Of a stretch of 64,000 bases of DNA, positions 28,812-37,100 are shown in pieces; the stretch's first letter is position 1, and the number at the start of each line of letters is the position of its first letter. A program made the translations under genes and the position numbers. The notes under the pieces were generated by a model. It ran no database searches and was not told the DNA's origin. It worked only from the letters and a program-made list of their open reading frames with translations. The stretch is from Candidatus Curtissbacteria bacterium RIFOXYA1_FULL_41_14. Lineage in GTDB: Bacteria; Patescibacteriota; Microgenomatia; Curtissbacterales; GWA2-41-24. The stretch covers positions 153,173-217,172 of the forward strand of contig MFCA01000029.1 of NCBI GenBank assembly GCA_001775095.1, read 5' to 3'.

Positions 28812-30197
28812 TTATCTGTAAATTGTTCGAACCTCATCATTATTATATATAACTTTGAGTGCATTTTGGTCCATGAGTGATTGCTTAACTTGATCGTTTG
28901 AACCTGTGATGACTACAATCTTCGAATCCGGTAAGTTTGGGTATTCATTTAAAACTTTCTCGATGTATTTTTTAGATATAGCCTGTTCTCCTGATATCCA
29001 ATGGGTTTTTCTTGTAAATGAAATCGTCGTTAGTGATGCGAAAAACCACCCCCCTACAAGGCAGATTATAGCTAATCTGCTGACATTCGTAACATTGGTT
29101 AAGACCTGAGTTAAAACATATGCAATAAAAACAAAAAAACCGATGGAGGAAATTGTCAAATAATATGGGAAGCTGTGTTGAGGCAAGAAGATCACAGGCA
29201 AAAGGCCTAAGACTAAAAGAATAAGTGCTCCAAAAAGTTTTTTGAATAGTTTCTGCTTAAATGTTTTAGTAAGAAGGTAATTCGCGGAAAATAAAAAAAC
29301 TGATAATGAAAATAGAAGTGGCAGAAAATATGGTTTAAAGGGTTCAAGAAATGTGGGGTCTTTTGAAAATGAAAATTGTGAGGCTTGAACTTGATACTTA
29401 AAAACTTCTGGCACATTCACAAGCCAAGCCCCATACCAAAAAATATTATTGATGACTTTTAAATCAATTATCGGGACATATTCTCCTGTGGCGGGAATTG
29501 GAACTATTATAAATCTAACTAAAATGTATAAAAAATCAATTAACAATATCGGAAAGATAAAAGTCAAACCCTTAAGAATTTTAACAATATTCTGTTTTCC
29601 GTAAAACAACTCAAATAACAATATAAATACCGGAAAAGCCAACGCAAATTCGGAAGATGTTATCGCAATGCAAAAGAAAAAGATAGTCATGGCTAATATT
29701 AGCTTACTTTTTAGTCTTTTAAATAAATAAAATGAAATAAGTGCCAGCAAGAAAAAAGTTGAGCCGATGACATTCCAGGTTAAAGATAGCCAGCTTAATG
29801 TCATGAAATGAAAAGCGGCAGTCGAGTATAAAAAAGCTGCTATGATTGCGGCTAATTTATTTTTAAAAAGAATAAAAGATAAATAACCAATGAGAAAACT
29901 ATTGATAAGATGAAAAAATATGGATATTAAATGAAATCCAAAAGGATTGAGTCCAAATAAATTTTTGCCGATAAAGAAAAACAAAAACATGCCGATTGGG
30001 CGCCAGTATATAATATCTGTTCTGAATTTAAACAAATTAATTAAATCACCAGTTGTAACATTGCTGACTTCATTTAACACAAACCAATCGTCCTGGAAAA
30101 AATAATAATTTAGGCTGGATCTAAACAAAAAAAATGAAATGAAAAAAATTAGCCCCGTTGTTAAAAAAAGATAATTTTTTTGGAAAAATTTAATCAC
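28812..30197 (-). CDS. GT-C-type membrane glycosyltransferase
   Basis: YFFQDDW, YWRP, FGLNPFG.H motifs; tandem paralog of 30194..31609. Confidence 0.75.
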   Translation of the reverse strand: MIKFFQKNYLFLTTGLIFFISFFLFRSSLNYYFFQDDWFVLNEVSNVTTGDLINLFKFRTDIIYWRPIGMFLFFFIGKNLFGLNPFGFHLISIFFHLINSFLIGYLSFILFKNKLAAIIAAFLYSTAAFHFMTLSWLSLTWNVIGSTFFLLALISFYLFKRLKSKLILAMTIFFFCIAITSSEFALAFPVFILLFELFYGKQNIVKILKGLTFIFPILLIDFLYILVRFIIVPIPATGEYVPIIDLKVINNIFWYGAWLVNVPEVFKYQVQASQFSFSKDPTFLEPFKPYFLPLLFSLSVFLFSANYLLTKTFKQKLFKKLFGALILLVLGLLPVIFLPQHSFPYYLTISSIGFFVFIAYVLTQVLTNVTNVSRLAIICLVGGWFFASLTTISFTRKTHWISGEQAISKKYIEKVLNEYPNLPDSKIVVITGSNDQVKQSLMDQNALKVIYNNDEVRTIYR

Positions 30198-31609
30198 TTT
30201 TCAATCCTTGGTCTTATTTCAATAACCGGCATACCTTCTGGTAATTTGGGATCATCTTTGAAAGTTGCAAAAATGCTTTTAAGAGTAGGTTCGTTGTAAA
30301 TTACTTTAATTGCATCTTGATCACCTAAAGATTGACGAATATTCTCTTTTTTTGTGTAAAAACCTTTGTCCGCTTCCTTAAAAAGAAAAATAGAATTAGG
30401 CTGTGGATCTGGTGCCACTTTTTTGGCATAAGCAGTGTAGGCTTTAGATATTGCCTGTTCGTTGACTATCCAATGTGTTCGTCTCGTGAATTGTAAATTT
30501 GCCCAACTTGAAAAAACCCATAGGATCACAAAAGCCACCCACCAGATTCTGTTGGAATCTCTGAAGATTATAGAAATAATGTATAGTACTCCTAAGCCTG
30601 CGAATGACAGATAAACAGAATATGAATGACTAGGAAGGGCAATAACCGGCAGGAGACCTAAAATTATCCATGAAAAACCGAATATAAATAATCGTAATTT
30701 TTTTCTAGAATGGGAAAGAATTTGTTGAATTAATAAAACTATTATTAGGATAACTGGTAAGGAAATTTTCCAAAATTGTATTAGAACTTTTATTGACTGA
30801 ACTGGTCGGCTTTGATCAATCAAATCTTTAAAGCTCTCGGGAAAATTTAAAGCCCACCCTAAATACCAAATCAAATTGTCAAATATTAAATGATTTATAG
30901 TTATCTGATACTGGTGCTTTGCCGGTATGGGGAAAATGAAGAATCTGACAATAAGATAGATAGCGATAATGGCCAAATATGGCCTAAGTTCTTTTAAGTA
31001 ATTTTTATTTTTAATTAAATAACCCCAGCCGAATATTATTAAAGGTAAAACTAATGCTAACTCAGATGATGCCAATGCAAGAAAAAAAGCTGCGAAGCTG
31101 ATTGATAAAAGGTGCTTTTTAGTATTTTGTGTATATTTGATGAAGTATATAAAAGATATTACCTGGAAAAATGGACTGATGATATAAGATGAGGTGGAAA
31201 GCCAGCTCAAGCTCATAAAATGTATTGGCCAAACCGCATAGAGAGATGGGGCTATAAGTGCAATTTTTCGATCTCCAACTAATAGTACAAACAGTTGATA
31301 AACACACAAGATCAGCAGGAAAAATATTCCAAAGACGATAAGATGATATCCAAAGGGATTTAATCCAAAAAATATTTTATTAAAGGCGAAAAAAATCGGC
31401 ACGGAAAGAGGGCGCCAGTAAATAACATCTGTATGGAAAGAAAAAAATGATTTTAAGTCACCTGTTCTAACCCAATTTAAAACAGACCAGTCATCCTGAA
31501 AAAAATAATAATTGAGGCTTGGGTAATATAAAAAAAGACTCGCGGTAAAAATAATCAAGAAGGAAATAATCCAAATTAAATTATTCTTCGAGTGATTGAT
31601 GAGTGTCAT
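30194..31609 (-). CDS. GT-C-type membrane glycosyltransferase
   Basis: YFFQDDW, YWRP, FGLNPFGYH motifs. Confidence 0.75.
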   Translation of the reverse strand: MTLINHSKNNLIWIISFLIIFTASLFLYYPSLNYYFFQDDWSVLNWVRTGDLKSFFSFHTDVIYWRPLSVPIFFAFNKIFFGLNPFGYHLIVFGIFFLLILCVYQLFVLLVGDRKIALIAPSLYAVWPIHFMSLSWLSTSSYIISPFFQVISFIYFIKYTQNTKKHLLSISFAAFFLALASSELALVLPLIIFGWGYLIKNKNYLKELRPYLAIIAIYLIVRFFIFPIPAKHQYQITINHLIFDNLIWYLGWALNFPESFKDLIDQSRPVQSIKVLIQFWKISLPVILIIVLLIQQILSHSRKKLRLFIFGFSWIILGLLPVIALPSHSYSVYLSFAGLGVLYIISIIFRDSNRIWWVAFVILWVFSSWANLQFTRRTHWIVNEQAISKAYTAYAKKVAPDPQPNSIFLFKEADKGFYTKKENIRQSLGDQDAIKVIYNEPTLKSIFATFKDDPKLPEGMPVIEIRPRIEK

Positions 31610-32316
31610 TTATTAGGTAGACCTTTAAGCCTTTTCACTATTGCCCAAAGATACCATTTGAGATATTTGGGCAACCATTTGGCTAGGTAAAACCTGGACT
31701 CTTTCGCAAGATATGTCCAGGTTGTAGGAACTTCACCAACCTTATAGCCGCCAAAGTGAGCTTTGACTGTGAGCTCTATAGCCAGCTCAAATCCCCCATC
31801 TGATTCAACCTCCATGTTTAGTAAAAATTTTCTCGAATAAAGACGGAATGAATTGGTTGCATCATGAGTCGGGAGTCCAACAACATAATGGAGGCTTATT
31901 CCGGCAACACGGGACAAAATTTGCTTAATGAGTGGTCCGCCTATCTGGTGTCCGCCTTTCATATATCTTGAAGCTGCCACAACATCAAAACCTTTTTCAA
32001 ACTTTGCCATCATTTCATTTAGAACTTTTGGGTCATCCGTAAGATCTGCCATCATTACACAGACTGCATCTCCTTGAGCCTTTTTAAGACCCGTTTTGAG
32101 TGCATTCAATGCTCCCCTGCCGTAAATATTTTTGACGAGTTTGATGCTGGGGTATTTTTTTTGAAAGTTTTTGACGGGAGTAATGGTAGTATCATCATCC
32201 ATGTCATAAACTATCAGCAGTTCGTGGGGAATTTTAACTGTCGATTCAACCTGTTTTAGAGTTTCGCCAATGATATCGCCTTCGTTATAGACAGGCATCA
32301 CAATTGAAAGCTGCAT
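31606..32316 (-). CDS. GT2 DPM1-like polyprenol-phosphate glycosyltransferase
   Basis: IVMPVYNE, MADL.DDP, ASRY..GG, DATNSFRLY, EVP. Confidence 0.88.
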   Translation of the reverse strand: MQLSIVMPVYNEGDIIGETLKQVESTVKIPHELLIVYDMDDDTTITPVKNFQKKYPSIKLVKNIYGRGALNALKTGLKKAQGDAVCVMMADLTDDPKVLNEMMAKFEKGFDVVAASRYMKGGHQIGGPLIKQILSRVAGISLHYVVGLPTHDATNSFRLYSRKFLLNMEVESDGGFELAIELTVKAHFGGYKVGEVPTTWTYLAKESRFYLAKWLPKYLKWYLWAIVKRLKGLPNK

Positions 32317-32353
32317 GGATAGATTGTAATGGAGAAAAACTAGCTAGTCAAAA

Positions 32354-32986
32354 TTAAGGTTTACAACCCCACTGGTACCAAGGGGGGTTTCCTACTTCAA
32401 GGTCGCGAAGATAGGTTTTGTAGGCAACTTGTGCATTAATCACCGGATCTGACCAGAGACTAAAGTCTACTCCGAATTCATGGAACCAATCCTCACCAAG
32501 TTGAAATAAGCCGTACCAAGGGCCTTTAGGATTTATTTTATCCGGCTGGTTAGTACTTTCACAGAATACAACCGATGCCGCTTGTCCCTGCAATTCTGCC
32601 GGCCAACCTGCGCTAGTTAGCCAGTTAAAAACAATACCGGGTGGATGCTGTGTTTCTGCTGACAAAGCCTGAACAGGTAGATTTTCCTCAGTCGGAGTTG
32701 ATTTTATAGGAATGGGAGTAGCCCTGGTAATAAGTTGCAGGTCAATTTTAATAGGGCCTTGGGTGAGTTGTGGGATTGAAAAAGATCCGGAAAGAGCTTT
32801 TATTTCTCTAGCTGTTAATACTCTGTGGGCTTTACTTGCTGAATCTTGATTTTGATTGCTTGTATTCTGATTCTCGGTGTATACTGCTGCTGAAGCAGCA
32901 AGAACCATAACGGCCAACGGCCGCCAAAGGTTAGTTGCTTTGAATTTTTCCGCGCCCGGCGCGCGTTTTTTGGTTTCAGGTCCCAC
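32354..32986 (-). CDS. Secreted lysozyme-fold/lytic transglycosylase-like (Rpf/SLT-like) protein
   Basis: N-terminal hydrophobic anchor, low-complexity linker, CES..P, YGLFQ, DP..N, W..W motifs; AAAGGA SD before GTG. Confidence 0.7.
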   Translation of the reverse strand: MGPETKKRAPGAEKFKATNLWRPLAVMVLAASAAVYTENQNTSNQNQDSASKAHRVLTAREIKALSGSFSIPQLTQGPIKIDLQLITRATPIPIKSTPTEENLPVQALSAETQHPPGIVFNWLTSAGWPAELQGQAASVVFCESTNQPDKINPKGPWYGLFQLGEDWFHEFGVDFSLWSDPVINAQVAYKTYLRDLEVGNPPWYQWGCKP

Positions 32987-33030
32987 TGATTCCTTTCTGT
33001 GTACCGGGCGCGTTTTTTATGGGAAAGAAT

Positions 33031-33059
33031 CAAAAAACCTCTCCAGAAACTTGGAGAGG
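33031..33059 (-). terminator. Intrinsic terminator in the leader upstream of 32354..32986
   Basis: Minus strand CCTCTCCA-agtttc-TGGAGAGG followed by TTTTTT. Confidence 0.75.
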
Positions 33060-33207
33060 CCGAGTGAAGATTTGAAACTTCCTTGCACCCGGCGTGCACC
33101 TTGTGCTTCGGGTTGCGGATGCTTAAATCTTGCGGTGGAAGTACCGCGCTTGCCCTTCGACTATGCTGAAGGACAGTTCTAGCATCACTGTATTTCGTTT
33201 TTAAAAC
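33031..33207 (-). ncRNA. Candidate structured leader RNA/riboswitch (unclassified)
   Basis: GC-rich, with stems gatgct/agcatc, tgtccttc/gaagggca, gcggt/accgc, cccg/cggg, gcac/gtgc between a promoter and a terminator. Confidence 0.45.
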
Positions 33208-33213
33208 TTTTTA

Positions 33214-33242
33214 ATACTAACAAAAATCTCCTTAAAATGCAA
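33214..33242 (-). promoter_or_regulatory. Putative sigma70 promoter
   Basis: TTGCAT - 17 nt - TAGTAT with upstream TGn on the minus strand. Confidence 0.55.
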
Positions 33243-33247
33243 TTCTT

Positions 33248-34582
33248 TTAGAGGTCGCGCCATTTGGTTTCGAAGATTTCGCCGAGGCCTTCTGAGGACT
33301 TGCTTTGTGTCAAATGATTTTCCAGTGATTTGATTGTAAAAATAATCTTGTTAGTTTTGAATACATTCCAAACATCACAGATTATGCAGTTTGTAGAAAC
33401 GAGTTTTTTTACTTTTGCGATATCTAATTTTTTGTAATAAGAGTGGTTCGTTGCCAAAAATATAAAATCAGCATCTTTTAAAGTCTCATTCAAATCATTT
33501 TGATATCCCGACACGTAGGGATCATGAAGACAAACCTTTGCTCTTTCCCTTTCTAGTGCCTTTTTAACCTTGAAAGCCAGAGACTCTCTAATATCATCTA
33601 TTTCCGCTTTAAAAGCTAAACCTAAAATTACTGCCTTTTTACCCTCTAGCTTTCGTCGGTTTTTGATCTTTCCTATCAGAAAGAGAGGAATCGATTCATT
33701 GATTTTCCAGCTTGTTGTGATCAGGTCAGCAAAAGGGACATCACCTACCAAAAAGAAACCGTCTTTAAAAAGACATGGCCCACCTGTTAATCCGGGAAGC
33801 GCTAATCCTCCTCTTTTATAATTTTTATTAACTAAATCAACAATTTTGTAAATGTCCCGATTATGATTACCGGCCAAAATCATGAATTCATTAGCAATCG
33901 CAAAATTAATATATCTGTACATATTTGTAAAAAGTTTGGCAAGTTCGGCCGAGACATCGTCGGTTTTATTTACTTTTATTCCCAGGCTTTCAAAAAAATC
34001 GCAGGCTTTCTGGGTGCTGGCCCTGTCCACGCCGCCAACAATTTGGGGTATTTCGGCAAGTTCGGTTAAAGATCTTCCTTCTGCGATTCTTTCCGGACAG
34101 AAAGCCAGGAAAAAATTAATGCCAACTTTGAGTTTGCCCAGATCATTAAGGTAAGATTTGACATAACTTGTTGTGCCCGGTGAAACTGTTGATCTTAATA
34201 TCAAAAGTTGACCGGCTGAAAAGTGGTGACGGGCCGTCTCGAGGGCTTTGTCTATTTGGACCAGAGAAGGATTCATGTTTTCATCAACCGGAGTTCCAAG
34301 AGTTAAAATTATTACCTTGGACTTCGCAATATGAGCAAAATCTGTGGAGAAAAAAAGATTCTTGTTTACATGCTTCTTTAGGAGAGAATCAGCTCCTTCT
34401 TCCACAAAGGGCATATTCCCGTGCGACATTAAGCTAATCCTTTCTTCGTTAACGTCCAGGCCGATAACTTGATGTCCTCTGTCTGCCAGAAAAATCGCCA
34501 GAGGCAGACCGACTCGGCCGACGCCGACGACTGCGACGGTTACTTTTCTAATTTTCCTTGGGCTCTTTGTGCTTTTAGCCAA
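33248..34582 (-). CDS. Nucleotide-sugar dehydrogenase (UDP-ManNAc/GlcNAc dehydrogenase, WecC-like)
   Basis: GVGRVGLP, RSTVSPGTT, CPERIAEG, GGPCL, GLAFK..IDDIRES. Confidence 0.88.
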   Translation of the reverse strand: MAKSTKSPRKIRKVTVAVVGVGRVGLPLAIFLADRGHQVIGLDVNEERISLMSHGNMPFVEEGADSLLKKHVNKNLFFSTDFAHIAKSKVIILTLGTPVDENMNPSLVQIDKALETARHHFSAGQLLILRSTVSPGTTSYVKSYLNDLGKLKVGINFFLAFCPERIAEGRSLTELAEIPQIVGGVDRASTQKACDFFESLGIKVNKTDDVSAELAKLFTNMYRYINFAIANEFMILAGNHNRDIYKIVDLVNKNYKRGGLALPGLTGGPCLFKDGFFLVGDVPFADLITTSWKINESIPLFLIGKIKNRRKLEGKKAVILGLAFKAEIDDIRESLAFKVKKALERERAKVCLHDPYVSGYQNDLNETLKDADFIFLATNHSYYKKLDIAKVKKLVSTNCIICDVWNVFKTNKIIFTIKSLENHLTQSKSSEGLGEIFETKWRDL

Positions 34583-35517
34583 TTTATAACCTCCTTTAAT
34601 CCTTCTTCAAATTTTACTTGCGGCTCCCAATCTAGAAGTTTTTTTGCTTTTTGGACGTCCGGGACCCTTCTTTTGATATCAAATTTAAATCCTCTTACAA
34701 AATTAACCTTAAATGGCTTTGTAATTTCCATTACTTTCCAGATTTTCGCAGCCAAGTCGATCATTTTTATTTCCTTGTCCGTTCCAATATTGAAATCTTC
34801 ATTCTCCCCTTTCGGATTGAGAGAGGTAGTAATAATTCCCCGGGCAATATCGGAAACATGAGTAAAACAGCGGGTTTGTTGCCCATCACCCAACATGTCC
34901 AGCGGGTATTGATCTGATAATATTTTTCTTATAAGATCCGGAATAACATGGGCATAGCCAACTTCTCTTTCGGGAAACTCGTTTACTCCGTATGCATTAA
35001 ATGGTCTGCAGATAGAAAACGGTAATTTATATTGATCATAGAATGAACGACAATACCATTCACCCGTTAGCTTGGAAAACCCATAAGAAGAAATTGGTGG
35101 AGGAATTTTTTCCACATCTCCCTCTTTCGAGGGAAAATGATCCGCAGACTCAAAAACCATTGAGGATGAAATATAGACCATTCTTTTGATATTGGCGGCA
35201 ACCGCCGCTTCAAAAGTACTTGAGTAAATTTTATTGTTTTCGGAAAGAATTGTTGCAGGGTATTTATGGAAATAACCAATACCGCCGATTTTGGCCGCGG
35301 TGTTAATGCAAATATCAATTTGCGCAAATGCCTTTTTTGTCTTTTGAAGGTCAGTGAGGTCAATCTTGATAAACTCTGCTCTCGGATCGACTTGAGCGTC
35401 TTTTTTTGAAAGATTATCGGCAACACGAACAGAGTATCCTTGATCTATAAGTTGACGGACAATTTCGGATCCGATAAATCCGGCTCCGCCAGTGATTAAG
35501 AATTTTGCTTTCGCCAT
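34540..35517 (-). CDS. NAD-dependent epimerase/dehydratase
   Basis: TGGAGFIGS, YGFSK, RPFNAYG, QTRCFTHV.D. Confidence 0.9.
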   Translation of the reverse strand: MAKAKFLITGGAGFIGSEIVRQLIDQGYSVRVADNLSKKDAQVDPRAEFIKIDLTDLQKTKKAFAQIDICINTAAKIGGIGYFHKYPATILSENNKIYSSTFEAAVAANIKRMVYISSSMVFESADHFPSKEGDVEKIPPPISSYGFSKLTGEWYCRSFYDQYKLPFSICRPFNAYGVNEFPEREVGYAHVIPDLIRKILSDQYPLDMLGDGQQTRCFTHVSDIARGIITTSLNPKGENEDFNIGTDKEIKMIDLAAKIWKVMEITKPFKVNFVRGFKFDIKRRVPDVQKAKKLLDWEPQVKFEEGLKEVINWLKAQRAQGKLEK

Positions 35518-37100
35518 TGAAAATAGAAAAAAATGCCAGTTGCGATTAAAGCTATCAATGAAATGATTTCGCTGCCTAAGTGAACCGGCGATCTTTTGTA
35601 TTTGATTATAGCTGTGTGTTCACCGACAGGCAAGTCAAAATTTATCAAACCAAGGGAATTTTGATAATTAATAGGGACTTGACTGTTATCGATTGTTACT
35701 TTCCACCCGGGAAAATAGACTGTATTAACTCTAATCTTTGATTCTGATGAGGCAAGTATTGATGCTTGATAGAAAGAAGGTTTTACGATAACTTGCTCAA
35801 TTTTTGCGTCACCTTCAATAACTTCAATTTTTTGATTTGCCCGGTTTGCCGGTTTTTCCTGCGCCCAAACTGGCAAATATTCGTCTCGTACAGCTGTCGA
35901 GTCTTCGTTGGTTGAATAAAACCCCTCTCCCCTGTTAACAAAAGCCGAGGGCTTGGTATAGACAATCGTTGAAATAATACTTGCGGAAATAATCAGCAAA
36001 GAAAGTACAGTCTTTTTCCCCTTTGCGCAAGTTATGACATAAGCTGCCAAAAAGGCTGATATAAAAACTATTAAGGAAAGCAGTCTCCATGGAAATTGAA
36101 TAACGTCAATAAAAGGTAAATTTTGCCAGATAAACAATGAGGATTTTGTCATTAAGAAAAAAATAAGCAAAGAGATAACAAGAGAGATATCGACAGTTAA
36201 ATTATTAGTCTTTATTTTCCGGCGTAAATATAGAGCTGATAAAAAAATCGCCAACGTAACAATCCCAAATTGGACGGAAAGTCCAGACGAATCGTTTGGA
36301 TTTGGGCCATAACCCCAAGAAGGCACTACTAAATTCAATGGAGCGACTAGATGATCAGCAATATTTGAAACGTCAATCTGGGAAAGACGAACAAATCTTA
36401 AATCATATAGTGCCGGCAACCAAAAAAAGGTAGAAATTAGTATTCCGAGTATAAAAGAGCCGACTACCTTGATCCTTTCTCTCTTTTTAAAGACGAGAGA
36501 AATAATCATGAAAAGAGGTAGAAATAAAATCGCAATTACATTATGGGAAAGAATTAAGCTAGCAGTGGAAATGGAAAGAAGCGGCAGAAAGAGCTTACTG
36601 CCATTAGCAATCTTAAAAATGCAGCCGGCCACCAACGGAATAATGGCAAATGCCAGACTTTCTCCTAAAGAACCTCTGACATATAAATCAACGAATCTGT
36701 AAGGGACAAACAGATAAACAATTGCACCCGCAAGACTGGCTCTTGCGCTAAAAACTTGCAAAAGCGCCCAGTACATTGCCAGCGACGAAGTTACTGTAGA
36801 AACAACAAAAATGATTTTAATACTGTCAACAAAACTAAAACCTAAAACTTTGGGGATTTCGGCAAGATAAAACGGTAACGGATAAAGAAAATTTAAAACA
36901 GGATAGCCGTAATTATTATTAAGCCGATCGACAAATCTAACAGGAAATTGACCACTTGTTAATGCTTGATGGAAAGCGGAAAAACGAATGACCATCCATT
37001 CGCCATCGTGACTTTCAAAGTAGCCTTTTTTAAAAAATGGCCAGAGGCAAATTAGCGAAAGAATTATTATTATTACCAGCGGAAACCATTTTTTCATCAA
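35496..37100 (-). CDS. PTPS-related/YfhO-like GT-C membrane protein
   Basis: GQFPVR, GYP..NF.YP, RGSLGE, QFPWRLL, FPGWKV; paralog of 27078..28811. Confidence 0.8.
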   Translation of the reverse strand: MMKKWFPLVIIIILSLICLWPFFKKGYFESHDGEWMVIRFSAFHQALTSGQFPVRFVDRLNNNYGYPVLNFLYPLPFYLAEIPKVLGFSFVDSIKIIFVVSTVTSSLAMYWALLQVFSARASLAGAIVYLFVPYRFVDLYVRGSLGESLAFAIIPLVAGCIFKIANGSKLFLPLLSISTASLILSHNVIAILFLPLFMIISLVFKKRERIKVVGSFILGILISTFFWLPALYDLRFVRLSQIDVSNIADHLVAPLNLVVPSWGYGPNPNDSSGLSVQFGIVTLAIFLSALYLRRKIKTNNLTVDISLVISLLIFFLMTKSSLFIWQNLPFIDVIQFPWRLLSLIVFISAFLAAYVITCAKGKKTVLSLLIISASIISTIVYTKPSAFVNRGEGFYSTNEDSTAVRDEYLPVWAQEKPANRANQKIEVIEGDAKIEQVIVKPSFYQASILASSESKIRVNTVYFPGWKVTIDNSQVPINYQNSLGLINFDLPVGEHTAIIKYKRSPVHLGSEIISLIALIATGIFFYFQWRKQNS

